Assembly (NCBI GenBank): GCA_030704615.1
Contig: CM060733.1
Location: forward strand, 12,028,001 to 12,092,000
From: Takakia lepidozioides
Taxonomy: Eukaryota; Plantae; Bryophyta
DNA length: 64,000 nucleotides
Reading direction: 5' to 3'
Positions 34,859 to 49,209 of the stretch are shown piece after piece. The notes below the pieces were generated by a model that made no database searches, had not been told where the DNA came from, and saw nothing but the letters and a program-made list of their open reading frames with translations. The translations under genes were made by a program, and so were the position numbers. Position 1 is the first letter of the stretch. Every line of letters begins with the position of its first letter.

Positions 34859-37800
34859 CTAGTCCGTGGATGTGGACTCGTCAGCAATGTCCGATGACAC
34901 AATCAGCTTTGTCTCAGTCTCTGCCACTGCCTCCAATCGCTCCTCAGCTTTCTCATTGGCAAACCTGGAAGAAGTCCAGAGTCAAACTTCCAGCCCATTA
35001 ACATTTATTAGCCTACCTCACCCCAACCTATTTCTCCTCTCTTGCTAAAATCCATTAGCTGTTGTTGTGCAACCTCACCCCATTGTGTGGCTATCTTTGC
35101 TTGAGAAATACCTTTCCACTTGTTTTCCATCACAAATATGAGATACACAGTGATACACACATCATGATAGAGAAAAAGGCCCAAAAGACACAGAAGAACT
35201 TATACAACACAAAAGACGTTTGAATGCCAGCCAGAGTAAAACCACCTCAACATCTATGATTCCCATATGTTCGTTGTATGGTTTCAGTCTAAATACTCTC
35301 TTTTTTCAACAATTTCTTGCATGCCACTCAAGACAAGGTCCAGTGCAAGCATTCATACATGGAAAGGATAGTGACCCAAACAAGCTCCACACAGTCCACC
35401 CAGAGCAGACGTTGCTCTACTGGAATAACACCGTAGGTCACAATATGTGCAAAAGGCCATAGTTTCCACCCAGCCTGCAAAATACAGTATCACAAGATAT
35501 TCAGTGGCTTTACAACTGAAAAGAATTCACCAAGTCACGCAAATCCCTCTCTTAGGGAAACTTAGGAAACCTTCTTGATTATTAGTTAAACACAAACGAT
35601 TACACGAATTTGCAGTGGAACTTTCGACAATCATTGATGTTCTTTAAGAAGTGATCCATGCAACTGAGATTGAGGCAGTAGAGTCTGTTGCAGTCATAAA
35701 TAATCAAGGCCTTCATCACTTCCCATGGCCCATGAGAAAATGGTCAAAACAAGCGCCAGTACCGTTAGAAGAGGGAAAAATGTTGATCTCAACTCCTTCC
35801 AAATGTTGACAGGTGATTCAAATCGCAGAAGACCCAATGTGATGTAGTAGATGCTATTCCATATACCTGACCAGATGGTCTGATCAAAAGCAACCTTCAA
35901 TGGGACCACCCACCAATCCTTAAACGGGAAAAGGAACTGCACAATCAAACAGCGAATACCTGGCGAGTTAAGTTTTCATACAGAGAACATCACATAATTC
36001 TCAAATGGATAATGGCTACATCAAGTAATGTTCCTCAACGGCGGTCATTCTAAAAGGGAAAGGCTGGGAGGAAGTAAGAAAGAGAAAACAGTGAAAGAAA
36101 ATCTAATTATTACCACTCCCTGTGAATGATGTCTATATGGTATGCTTGGTGGCTTAGCCTCCTTGGAATACTAATCCTCACACAGCCACTTGAGGGGTTT
36201 CATCCCAGCAGGACATACGAGGCTTGCTCGAAAATTCCATGGTGCTCAATGAAACAGGTACAGGGTATGAATTGTTAAAATTTAGTGTTGGTGTTCAGAG
36301 TGTACAATACAGCATGAAGGTTGATTCCCGCACACCTCCTTAGCCCACAGCAGACATGACACTGCTGAGAACGAGAGAGAGAGAGAGAGAGAGATGTTGC
36401 ATGTACGAAAGAGGGAACATACAAGCAAAGAGAGTGGTAGGTGAGACACACCTCACAAACGTAGTAGTAGTAGTGTGACAAGGATCCGTGCAAGCAGAAT
36501 CCCACAAGGCCTGATCTAAACATGCGTAATCTATTGACCTCCAGAAGCGGCTTCCCAGCATAACACTGCACTCACCAAAGGAACACACTCAAGTTCAAAC
36601 AATACCAACATCTGCAAAACCAGCACAGGATGGAAGTCAAGGCCAAAGGACTCAGTAGGCTCTCTGAAGATATACAAATTCTTTCAAGACAAGAAAGCAA
36701 AGGTATTGTTGGACCAAATTACAAGAGCAACCTCGCACATTTTCATGGTTAAAACAGTGCAACATAGCTCCAGGGGAGACCCTCATAAAATTGATGCCTT
36801 ACCCTAAGCACATGCTTTCTCCAAGAAGCTTGAACATCAGGTTAGAGCAGTTAACCTTGACAACCTTAGGCTCTCATCACATGTGCAGAATCTCCAAATT
36901 TCTGAAAAACAAAAGATCTTCTAGGGGAGGCTAATTGCTCAAAACAGGACAGCTGGATCATACCTGTGCAATCCAATCGCCCACGGAGTACACAATGCCA
37001 CTAATCATCATCTTTGCAAACACTGGATGGCTCTTTAAAGTCTCCTCATAAGCAAACCAATTATGCAGCGGCGCATATCTGACTATCTCATAGGCAGTCC
37101 AGCCCTGCTCCATTGCAAGAGTTCCCATATGATCTCAGATGTCTAGTATACAGGTTATCTTCAAAAGTTCAAGTTTGTTCTGTAGTACTTGGTGATAACC
37201 TACATACAAGGGACACTTCAATAAAAAGACATTCCTTGTAGGGTGATATAGGAGTTTGAACCCAATCTTCAAACATCTGTCGATTGTTCAACTATCCAAG
37301 AACGCTAGACCAACAATACCTTCAAATCTAAGTTCCTCTCAATTCATCATCTTCCCTAGAAAGCAGTTGAGAGTTCACCTGACTTACATAAAGTTACACT
37401 CTTGCACTACGAAACACAAATTACAAAAATTTCAATGGAAAAAGATACAGCAAATTATTACATGCCAATAGTCCTGGTCAACGGTGAGCACTCTTATGAC
37501 GGCGTAGGAGAGGGCAGCCCCAGCTAGAGTAGCATTGATGGCCCTATCCAAATACCTAGTCTCTTCCTCTTGCGATTTTGCAAACCACACAAGCTTTGGA
37601 TAATACATGGGAACGGCCTGTATTTGGATATGAGCAGTCAAGCCTTCCTCCATCCCATCCTTGGCACTTGAATTGTCCATAAACTGTCGAACTTCAATGT
37701 TGAGTTGTTGCAACGGAGAACCAATAGGACTTTGACCTCGGCCTACAGGATCATCACTCTGCAGCAAAAAGACATCCACCGTGTCAAAAACAAATCTCCG

Positions 37801-38517
37801 AGCTACATGTGAACCTCTACGAACTTATATCTCCGCTCTAGTAATAATTAGGGCCAGTTATCCTTTCTAGTGTAACTAACACCGGTGAATTCAATTGCAG
37901 ACTGTACTCGGTTCTGAATTCAAGCAGTCGCAATATATGTAAACGCATAAGCTGTACTTAGGACTGATTTAGTTGTAGCCAGCTGTCCACAAAGCCAGCC
38001 TCCAGATTTCCTGGACGAGTTGCACCATAGGAACGCAATGCATAGCAACTGGTTCTGACAATTAACTTGAGGATCTAATCTTAGACCATGAATATGAGAG
38101 AAACTTAAAGAAATGAAGCGTGAAGAAAAAGCACATAGTACTCACAGGAATAAGCGCATTGGATTCAGAAACGGAACACTTGACTGTTTCACTCTTGTTC
38201 GAAGTTGAAGAGGCGCAAAAATGCAACCCTTGTCTCCCTCTCTCTGACCTCTCTTGAATGACTGAGAATCCTATCCTCTCTCTCCTAATACTTACGCATG
38301 AACGGAAGACGGGGATTTTACAGGAGGTCTGCGCCACATTCTCCGAGACGAGGTGGGTAGAGATCGAAGAAGAGGGGAAGTAAACAGGGCCTGTCTGTGG
38401 AAATTTCGGAGAGCGGCCATGGGAGGGAGGCAAAGGGGAGACGAAGGATGAGGAAGGAGAGCAGGAGGCTTGTCCACCGCACCGAGGACGGGTGGCAACA
38501 ATGCCCGATGTAAACAT
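34859..38517 (-). CDS. Mpv17/PMP22 family protein with probable chloroplast transit peptide; exons 38517-38146, 37758-37462, 37104-36964, 36565-36452, 35936-35763, 35474-35359, 34964-34859
   Basis: DRAINAT..LTVDQDYWHGWT.YEI.RYAPLHNWFAYEE..KMMISGIVYSVGDWIAQCY.GKPL..RMFRSGLVGF.LHGSLSHYYY..KVAFDQTIWS..AGWKLWPFAHIVTYGVIPVEQRLLWVDCVEL. Ser/Pro-rich N terminus. Confidence 0.92.
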
Positions 38518-39304
38518 TTTGGTTGCGCTCCTGACAGTGCTTGATGTGTTCGTATGAGTGTTACTCAAATGGTGCACAGACACACACAAAGATCATAGAG
38601 ACCCTAAAATCTCTGTTCCGCACATAGAATCAAACAAAATTCATTCCCTTCTCTGGAATTTCACCTTCCTAGGTCTACACAGCCTGCATCACCGCAGAAC
38701 GAAAAAGATCACACTTACTAAGCTGTAAGTAACAACGAGACAGGGAGAGAAGAGAGAGAACATGGATAGAACAGAGTACAATAACACATGGATGACGAAT
38801 ACATCAAATCTTTTATTACAAATCATACAATTCAACTCCAGGCTCGACCTCGCTGGTGAGTCCTCCTAAGCTTCTGAGATCTCCTGAACTTAACCTGGAG
38901 CTGTGAGAGACAATTGCTAGAATTGGACAAGCGAACAAGACCATAGCCAGATTGATCACCGCTTGGATGCCATCTTGAAGCAAAGGTCCAGAGAGGGCAG
39001 CCTCACTTCATGCAGGCTGCGCAGAGCCATCCGTTCGTCTCGTGCGTGGCATAATCCTGGCCCAGCACCTATGGTCGGACAGGCCACGAAGATGCTGCCT
39101 TTGCCCTGGGTTATCGCGATCTGTGTTAACTATTTTCCATTGGGTGTACCTAATAATATTGGATGTTGGGAATTTGCTTTGGGTTGTGACACGTGGAGAA
39201 ATATAAGTAGCAAATATATATTTTAAAAATAATAATACAAAATAAAAGGGACTGAGGCTCTGGAGAGATTTATTGGCCCTGCCTTCCTTAGTGGGGCAGG
39301 AGTT

Positions 39305-40620
39305 AAGTGTTTTGTTTTGTTTTTTTTTTGGTTTTTTTTTCCCACAAGAGGGACGGAGGCCTCATGAACTTTATATAAATAGGACTTAAAATATCCATGA
39401 GATACAAAGAGGAAAGAATAACCTCTATGAAAAGTGCCATGCAGGCTGATTCAGGAAGACACTGCTTCGGGACAGGGAAGAAGAGAAAGAAAGGCTGTAA
39501 GTTAGAAGCTAGCCCAAGAAGGGCAGACTTAGCCATAAGCAAAAAGGTAGCGAGAAGCTACATCTAGATAGTGCAAAAAACCAAGAGCCAGCCTAGAAAG
39601 CCCAAAGGAGCTTAAGGCACATGTTTCTTGAGGCCCCGGGATCTATAGTCAGCTGATACTACCATATAAGAGTTGGGCCCGAGTCTTGTCCAACTTAGAA
39701 GACCTTTTATGCCTCCAATTGACCTCCGAGTCTTCACCACCTACTAGAGATCGCATAGTGCTGAGGGAGCTAACCAGGCTTGTGGGAGAGCGTCGCACCA
39801 GGTAATTCTGGAATCAGATTCCTTTGTACAGAGCCGTCCACCTCTACCCCATGTTCCATCAAAATCTTCAAGCAATTGGGCTCTTCTCCTGTCGCCGCAT
39901 CTGCGAAGCGCTACTCCCCTAACCAGCCAAGCCTTGCGAGCTTCAGACATCAATTCTGAGTGAGACTTACAAAGGATTGTGCACACACAAACAACCTTAC
40001 CAGAGAAAATGAAAGCGCATCTGGCTTTCCAAATATTCCACAAGAGGTGGGCTCTAAGCGTGGCCCACATAGGGCAAGTGGTCCAGATTGAACTATCGGC
40101 AAAATTAAAAGACAAATCTGAAGCAGGAAATCCTTCCTAGAAAGCGTAGAAAAATAAGGCCTTACCCCAAACCCGCCTGGCAACCTGGCATTCCACAAAG
40201 CGTAGAAAGATAAGGCCTTACCCCAAACCTGCCTGACAACCTGGCATTCCCCAAAGCGGTGCTCTAAGGTTTCGGAAGCATGAAGGTTGTGGATCCTGCA
40301 AGAGGGGGGAGCATCCGGAAGGTGGCTAAGAATAGGTAACACCCGATTGACAAGCTTCCAGAGGAAGCCAGAGATCTTGGCTGCCCTGTCTTTGCGCCAA
40401 ACATCTCCAAATAGGTTTCCATGTGGGGTAGCCAGTCAAATGCAACCATTTTTTAGTCCACTTAGCATCTAGAGAGATGACTGGATTCAGCAAAGAGTAG
40501 CCCATCTTGACAGTGTAAGCAAAAAAGGGAGAGCAGCTATTATCAGCCCAAACCCATTCCCCCGGATCAAATTGCAGTAAGGAGAGGGGAGCTATTAAAA
40601 ACTAGAGCAGCCTGGGGTTG
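39305..40620 (-). mobile_element. Degenerate L1/Tx1-type LINE 3' remnant (zf-RVT and C-terminal region)
   Basis: Fragmented ORFs with C..ETLEHRFGECQVVRQVW and LLWNIWKARC motifs. The T-rich tract at ~39305-39340 is a poly(A)-like tail on the minus strand. Confidence 0.75.
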
Positions 40621-40806
40621 GTGTGACCCCCATTGTCAGCATAAGGGTTCACAACACGTGAAGCCATATAGAAGACACGGATGGCAAAAAGGGGGGCCTC
40701 CAACACACAATCCATTTGCGGGGAATGCAGGAAATCAGATGAGAAAACTTGAAACTTCCAGCCATGCAGGAAATCACCCAGGAAATTATCAGCCAGAGAG
40801 AGAGAG

Positions 40807-41097
40807 CACGTGTTTTGTTTTTCAAATTTGGAAAAGAACAGGAGTGGCTACTGAGTTTTGCAGGAAATAGCCATATTTTCTGCTCATCCACTGAAATTTG
40901 GACAGAATCATCCTCCTCTGTACTTGCATCCATATATATATATCATTCATATTAGGGGAATTCATCTAAGATTTATATTTTGTTTTGAGAATTTTGGCGA
41001 TTTCATCCATGAGAAAATAGGGAATTTACAACATATATTTCGATTTTGATTTTTGAGGTCGAAAAAGTGCGAAATTTCGCCAGAAATAAAAACACTG
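40807..41097. mobile_element. hAT-type MITE (same family as 61185-61467, inverted)
   Basis: Reverse-complement similarity to 61185-61467 (gaacaggagtggctactgagttttgca..atagccatattttctg.tcatccactga); ends AAAAACACTG. Confidence 0.8.
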
Positions 41098-42276
41098 CCC
41101 GCAGGACTGCGCGGGTTTTTTTTCCATGATACTTAGAGAATTAAAAATAAAACACTATGATGAAATAAATTAACATTTTTTTTTCAGAAGTTTGGGAGCC
41201 ACTTTTTTCCCTCCAATAAACTCCATTAAAGTCTTCATGGGCTTCCTCCCATTTTTCTCAAACAAAAAATAAAAAATAAAACATTTGCGAGCCACTTCTA
41301 GTAAAGCACCATCTATAAAATTACCAGCTTTGTACACAAGGACTGCCCATAGTACAAGCAAAGAGAGACTAGCAAAAAGATGAAGAGAAACTGACCAACT
41401 CGGAGCCACTCATCCCAAGCCCAACCAAGAGGAAGAGCTACACATACTAGAGATCTAATGCGGCTCAAAATTTGAGGGGGCTTTGAGCTTCCAAGTCTGA
41501 TTTGAAAAAGAAAGCTTGTCAATGTAGCTTATAAGTATCTGTAATATCATGTCCTGGTTTTTGGGTAATGCAAATATGTAACCACAGGGGGATGATGCTC
41601 TTCACTCTGTATCAAGTGAAAATATACTAAGTAGATGTCAAGTGTTGTCTTGACCTAGAATAAGAATGCACCTTCAAGGTAGACAATCTTGATCATCACC
41701 TGCCTGACTGGAATATTAAATTCTTATCACCATGAGCTTGTCAATGTACCTTGACAGTGAACTATTTAACTGATGTGAATACTATCAATTAAGGCTGATC
41801 ATACAGTTTCAGTGTCTATGGTAACCACTTTGTCAGCAAGGAAGGGTTAGATTCAGATGTCATATTTAGGTTTTTGATGGCATAAAAGTCCCCTTCCCTC
41901 ATTCTGGTTTTCATTCTTGAGGATGGGAATGTACTATGAGTGGGGATGGAGAGGCAGTTGTACCTGTGAACCACTAAATTCATAGGGATGTCAAGGTTTA
42001 GGGGAGTGTGAGAAATCTCTACATTAGTTAGTTCCGGGGCTTGGATTCTCCTAATTGGTAACTGGCCCTATCTGGTGGCAACACCACTCAAACCCATAAG
42101 TGGAGTTTGAGTGTGGGAGTGTGGGTTTCTCTGAGGAAGAGTGTGTACTTTGTTCAAGGTGTGAATGAGCAGTGGCATACCATTGTGTTCATCTATCCAT
42201 CTTCTTTAGCAGAGCTATTACCTCGTGAGTTACCCTGAATTAGTTAAGGCTTTAGTGGAGGGACATCTCCTGTAAG

Positions 42277-45200
42277 TTAGGGAATTAGCTTCACAGGTTT
42301 ATCCACACTCCGCGGCAAGAAGGGCTCATATGTCAAAATGATGTCAATGACCACCACCATTGCCAAAAGGAAGAATACCATCTGGTTGCCTGCCATTCCA
42401 CAGTCCTCAAACATTAGTTGCGACTTCAAAACTAAGAATTGAGTGAATTATTTGGTAAGACTGGAAACCAGGAATGCTCTAGATGTAAATTTGTCACCGG
42501 TCGATAAATGGGTCATTGTGGAAGTTACTTATTTTGCCAAATCACTTTCACAGTTTACGGCAGCACCAGACACTCTCCATCAATATGAAAATGCATTTAA
42601 TTAAATTGACAGATATGATGTACCTGGAAGGAACCAGGAGACCCGGCTTTGTGCCCACGCAAAGCTGCATTACACATGAAGATGGAAATATGAACGAAAA
42701 TACCCCACAGAAAAAATAAATGTAAGAAGAGGAAATGAATATCAAGTATATGAAGTCAAGGGTTGATTCTAGACAGGAATTTTGGGTTTACACTGTGGGT
42801 GAACATTACTGGAAGCAACTCAAAAACTGAAGAAAGTAACACAGCAACAGAATCCAGGTAAGGAGAGGAAATGTGGACTAACATGGCACCGCCGGCGCCT
42901 GGCCCCACGGCTTTGAAGAAAGAAACTGCAGTCACTGACAGACCATTTGCCCTACCTCGTTGTCTTGGCATCTGCATGTAGTGACATCATATACTAAATT
43001 CAATCACAAAACATAGTTCTCTTTAATGATATATTTTTATGATCCATGGTCAGTGTTTGCAACTCGCAGATCCACAACACTCTATTATCTACTCAATTCT
43101 TTTGAGCTTAATTTCTCACCGGATGGCCGAGACTGAGTACACGATTTCTATTTCACCTATGAAAAGATTCAAAACATGACATAAATAGAGAAGAAAATCG
43201 AAACATCTTAAGGAAGATTCGGAGAAAAATTTGTCTTACCACAGAGTTGTTGATGAGCAGAAACGATCCACTAAGAGTGGCCACCTGAACATACATGTGT
43301 AGCATGATGTCAGCACTATCCTCGCAGGTGAGAAGGTTAACTACACCTGATGTAGTTTCACCATAAGCCAATATGTCTATGGTTCAAGTGTCCAGACACC
43401 TATAATCTTTACGGAATCTTCAGAAAAGTGATTTCTTTACCTACGAGGTTGCAACTACCGAGGCAGAAAAGGAGTATCAAAGAGTGAGACACGCACTGCC
43501 AAGGTGCTCTTGGAGACTGATACAAGGGCCAGGATGACCCACAAAAGAGTTCCGGACAGACGTGCAAGGAACGGATAAGTTACTAGCAACGGCAACGCCA
43601 ATATCTGCAAAATAACATAAACAATAAAAAATCTTCAATGCTGCATCAGAATCAGAAAATACAATTTGTCGTGAAAATTTGACACAGTATGATGTCAAGC
43701 ATTACCGCGTGCAAAATACAATTTTTTAAGAGAAACATGTAGTGTCTTTTGATGTCGTACCGCAGACCAGCGAGTGGTGCTGATCGGTCCCAGGCGCTTG
43801 GCAATAGGAGCGAAGGCGAAGAGTTGGAACAGCAGACAGCCCAAACCTTCACACGCATGGCCCAATTTTGTAGACAATTAGTACTCAAGGCCTGCACCCA
43901 GTATTTAAGTGCAATAAAAGGGTGAATATATATATTGCATTTGCTGCGCCCTTGTACCAAATGTTAAGTTAATAAGGCATAGACAAACTCCACAAGAATA
44001 TGTAAGAAAACTAGGGACAAGATGCTTCACTCCAGGTAAAACCTAGACTAATATCACAACAGGTCAAGTTAAAGAGTGCGATTTGTTTTGTTTTGTAGGT
44101 CACCAAATTGCAACACTCTGGTTAAAAAACAACCAGGGATGCCCCAGTTCATAGTTTACCCCTTGGGCACAAATAAATCTGGTGAAAGTCTTGTCTGGAA
44201 TGAGAGTATAACGAGAGTAGGGCAAAAGGAATCTAAAAGACTTCCAAACTATGATTATCATCCAAACGGCCTAATCCTAGTCCACTACGAATGCAAACAT
44301 GACTAATTTGCACTGCGACCCCACTGGCCCTAGACTTGTACCTGAGATGGCAAGAATGTTGCCAACATCAGTGGTCGTGAAGCTCAGTCCCCCAGTCTTC
44401 TTGGGGCTAACAGCCCACAATGAAAAGACCTACAAAACAAGACACAAAAACCGAAAATGTAGATGTGTGTTTTCAACATTCACATCAAATTTCATAATTT
44501 CAAGCCACTGGTCTACGCCATCAATTCATGTTGAAGAATTTGATTGAAAATTTCCTGTATGTATGTTGTGCAGATGACCCCCACATCTGAAGAAGAGATT
44601 CACACAATACAACAATAAATAACAGTACCAGGCACAGGGTGGACACTACTGTTCAACGTTTGTTAGAGAAACGTTTTATACTGTGCGTCCGGGAAAGTCA
44701 TTCCATAACACTTTGCAAACCACTTCAAAAAACCTAGGGTCCATTTATTCTTCGAACGTAAGATTTATAACTTTTAGAGTAAATACAGTGTAAACAAAAC
44801 AGTTCAACGATTTTGGGGCCAGATTATGCCCCTTTTCCAGAGGATTAAAAAGCAGAATATAATTAGTCCACAGTGCTGGTACGTTATGTAAAAGAGTAAT
44901 GGCCCTCAAAATCCTTAACGTGCTGGAACGGGCAAGGCACTGACCGCTATGGGGATAAGGCTGTGCCACTTCAGCCTGTTCTCGCCCGTTAGTTCCAGGG
45001 TACTTTAGGATTCATGGGCTTACATATGAGTTTCCCAATATAATATGAATACTAAAAAAAAAATCCAGTTTACCTAATAAAATTTCCTCGCAGGTGTATA
45101 ATCAGCTTATGTAGAATTTTTTTGGTGAGAATTTGGTACCTCGGTGTAGGCCATGTTGTGCATGGACCACGTGCAGTAAACCAGGATGGAGGACACCAAC

Positions 45201-48200
45201 GGCCAGTTTGTGAGAACTGCAAAAAAGGAGTCTTTGGGGTTGGTTTGATCCCGTGGTGCGTCTTCCAAACCTGCTCCAGTTTCCTCGTCACCCTCTAAAA
45301 GCTTTTCGTTGTCAGTTGAGTAATCCTCGCCATTGAGAAGTGCGTCTTTATCATCATGCACATGCAAAGTTTCCTGCAATTCCAACGCCCCCGTAATAGA
45401 TTCACATGGGTCAGATCAAAGGAATGTTTGACCCGAATCAACATAAAGATGTCAACTCTGCATGGATGTATTTGCTGACAAACTTCACCATGGCTCCACC
45501 TTGGGGCCCTTGACGTACCGGCAAGTAAAGTACTGTGATGAAGAGGCCCACAAGAGCAAGCCCTGACACAAACACACATGGCAGCAGATACGGATATCTG
45601 CAAGTCCAGTACCATGGGCAAGGCAAAAAAAATGGTTAGTCGTGATTCATACCATGATGACAAAAATATTTCCTGAGTAGTATTTACCACATGCGATAGA
45701 ATCAGGAACAAAAATCTTCGCGAGATCTATTTTGGGTCAAAATTTGAGTGTTTACTACTTCAGGTGATTGGGTTGATTGACCACACTTACCTCTCAAAGA
45801 GTGAACCCGGTGGAAAGAAGGCAGGGTACTTCAAAGCTGGCTGCAAGGTACAGAGAACCGCAAGTGAATAGATTAGTGCCAGTTTTCTTGGACGTAAATC
45901 TCTCCAGCTGGCTGCGAAATCCTCCTCGTCATGGGTTCTCATAGCACCACTTCAGTGTTTCAAGTTCATCTATTTTCTTGACCTTTTTGAGATTCTAAAT
46001 TTCTTGTACTGGGAGACCTTGAATGGAAAACTATTTGAGAGCAAAAATTACCAATACAAAAATCTTCATCTACACAATTGGAGTGCTCTTGCAGAGCTTC
46101 ATCTTTGCTCCTATTTCGATACAATTTGTAGCTTTACAATGTGGAGAGATTGGATACATCAACATGATGGTTGGATTACATGTGCTACAAGACTAAATTT
46201 TGGTCAGAGGAAATGTGTTTTGAGAGTAATTTCTGGACCCCATCTGGACCTATCAGAGGGGCATTGCAAGAGTACTTGAGAAAGGTAGCCTCCGAGAGCT
46301 GGACCCACCACCATGCCCAGGCCCAAGGTTGTGCCCACCTGCCACCACGTTTCCAGCAGCACACAGGTCAGCTCATTGCAAAAATGTGGAAGCTCCACAA
46401 CATCCATTACCTGGGCACAACACTTGGTGGATCAACTGTTACATGAATCTTGTGTGAACGAGACAGTTAGGCTCAAGTGGACATGTTCAGTGGTGCGTAG
46501 ATTTGGAGATACAACTCACAACTGAGACGCCCAGAGCTTGATGCTCGTCACTGCAAATCTCGGATGTGTACGCCTGCATCCATCAAAGTACATGGTGACC
46601 ATGAATTCCACAGAAAATTTTAACCCTGTTACGTTGATAAGTACACCATTCCAGTGCCAACATCTTTCTAAGATTGGTTCAATGGGCCCCAGGGGTGAAT
46701 ATGGACTCACAAGCTTCAGTACTCAGTGCACAACGTCTCCTGAGAATCTGATAGCAGCCAACTCCTGAAAAGTATTTCTGGGCATCCACATGATGGGCAC
46801 ATATATGGTAAGGGTTAAGGATAGCCTCATACATATTGCTCATCATTTGGGAATAATATGAGAATCGAGAACTAGAAACTCGTGCTAGCTACAAAACGAG
46901 GCAGTTACATTGGTTCTCAGGTATGACCCTTGGCTGGTTACCTTCACAGGTCCCATAATACCATTGAAGCCTCCTAGGAGCATCCGAGCCGTAAACGCTG
47001 CCCAAAAGCTGGTGCTTAATCCAAAAACAATGTCGAAAATTATGCTGCAGCATCCATGCATCCAGTACACACCATCTTGGCTCAGAAATCTCGGAAACAT
47101 CCCCTGATTGTTGTTTTTGCTAAAAATTCCACTTCTATCTGGCTGACCATAAGTCTTGGCTATGTATGTTTTCAAGTGATAGAAGTAAGAAAGGAGCACA
47201 TACACTGAGATCACACCCGCTATCATCACTGGTTTCCGCCCGTACTTATCAGCAATAACTCCCCAATACATGGACGTCAACAACCTCCCAATCATGAATG
47301 CCGACCCTACAAGAGATTCCATGCATGCCAAAGGGTTAGGCTTATAGAAAACCTGGATTGACCAAAAGCAAGAGTATACCATTTTGCCATTGTGAGGAAC
47401 ACACATTCTGAAGGGAGAACATGGTCACAGTTGCAAATACTCATGAGATGAGAAACTCTGGAGAAATGCCAAGAACCTACCTATATACCCAACATAGAAG
47501 CCGATATCTTCATCACGTTGGGCCATGTGCAAGTCTCTCACCTGAATCCGGTAACATAATGGATCACCATCAGGTCGTTCAACAGACTGCAATCAACCAA
47601 ACATAACAGCTCTGCGAAAAGGAAGCACCAACTTGCAATTCCAACAAAAAGGTTAAAAACCAGGAGTGAAGAGTGCCCAAAAAGCTTGAGAGGAAGGGAG
47701 ATGGGGTTCATGGTCATGAGCAACGTACCATGAAGTAAAGGAAGGGATACATGAAGGAAATGGGCAGAGCTGCACCCCAATTAACCACCATCAGACAGCC
47801 ATCCAAAAAAGGACAGATGCAAACCATGAATCCACAAAAAGACCATCACTTCAAAAGCAAAGAAATCATCAACCAATCGATCAGCCTCAGCCTCACCAAC
47901 TCCGCTGCAAACATGAATGTTAAATCCACAACTTCATAATATGGAACCCCACCCAGAGTAACCCTCACAAGCTGTACTGCAACAAATATAACTTTGTACC
48001 AGTCAAAAGACCTTCAAGGTAACTATCTGGGAGCTCATCTTTACAGCCGTTCAAAAGATTGGACTCACAAAATATGAATTAAGAAGAAAACCATCACCTC
48101 AAATCCACACACAAAAAAGCAAACAAATCAGCCTAACCCTCTCCACCTGCGCACGTGACATGCATGCCATTCCACAACCCAAAACACATGAATTCCAAGG

Positions 48201-48351
48201 CAGACTATCTACCATTGCAGAGCATCACGACGGCTACAATACTAAGCTCCTTGTAAGAGGGCGGTGCACCGTCAGCCGACAAGTGGGCTACTTTGCACGC
48301 TGGGCATTTTGGGTACACTCGCTGCTGCAGCGGCTCCTCCAAGCGCCCCAT
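42277..48351 (-). CDS. Zinc-induced facilitator-like (ZIFL) MFS transporter, 17 exons
   Basis: Exons 48351-48213, 47769-47729, 47541-47481, 47306-47204, 47044-46942, 46573-46520, 46338-46276, 45840-45791, 45597-45519, 45373-45140, 44429-44342, 43846-43761, 43604-43497, 43284-43240, 42971-42883, 42664-42624, 42389-42277 join in frame. Motifs [57 protein letters not shown]. Confidence 0.93.
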
Positions 48352-49209
48352 GATCGATCTTCAAGCTTGCTCTGGACCTCCCTCAATCTGCCGTGGGATC
48401 ACTGCGTTGCAGGTTGCGGTTTGAAGCCAATCCAAACTTCTGCACCCCCGTTTTGCAGACTGTGTCACTTCTGAGCAAGTAGACATCATTTTTTTGCAAC
48501 TTTTGTGAACAGGTTTTTGAGCCCGAGGTTAACCACCAGTCAACTGCTCTGGTCAACCTGCTGTGCCGCAGAAAGTTTTGGCAGTGCTTCTCTCTGCACC
48601 TGGGTCAAAGTACAGTAGGGTCGCCCACAATGACAAAGTGACCAAACCCAATTAACATAACAACACTAGTTTTCCTTGCAGCACTGGCCTGCAAGCCTAT
48701 ACGTGTAGAGACGACAAACGTATCCATAATGCTAGATTCAACCCATAACATCCTTCTCACGAAGTGTACACCTTGCTGTCCGAAGCTTGCCAGATATGAG
48801 GTCACATTTTTCTTGCTCAACTGAAGCTGCTCGAAAACTTTCTGCCTAGTTTGTAATGTACTAGGGTGCGGGCTTTGTGTGGGTTGAACCGGTCCTCGCC
48901 TGGCAGTTTAGCCCTCGGCCTGGTACTGTACTGTACCAAAGGTTCCAAAGAGAAGCGGGAGTGTGCAAGAGGCCTTTCTGTAAGCTTAAGTAGGAGCGTA
49001 CTGCTTTGAGCCCCTCTGGCAAACCGTTTTTTCATCTTCCAGTGTAAACAGTCACGTGCATGATGACCTGTGATGCCACCAAAGAAGCGGGCTGATTGTT
49101 TGGCACGTGACCAATTCAAGTGCAACGCATTCCCAATCGTTGCCCTTCTCGGTATTGCCCAGGCCCCACTCCACCCGCTTTTCTTCTATTCATTTCAATG
49201 TTCCACAAC

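Noticed and set aside
48605-49125. Retroelement gag or zinc-knuckle remnant (GHHARDC)
   Set aside because: A single partial motif with no supporting domains; too weak to call.
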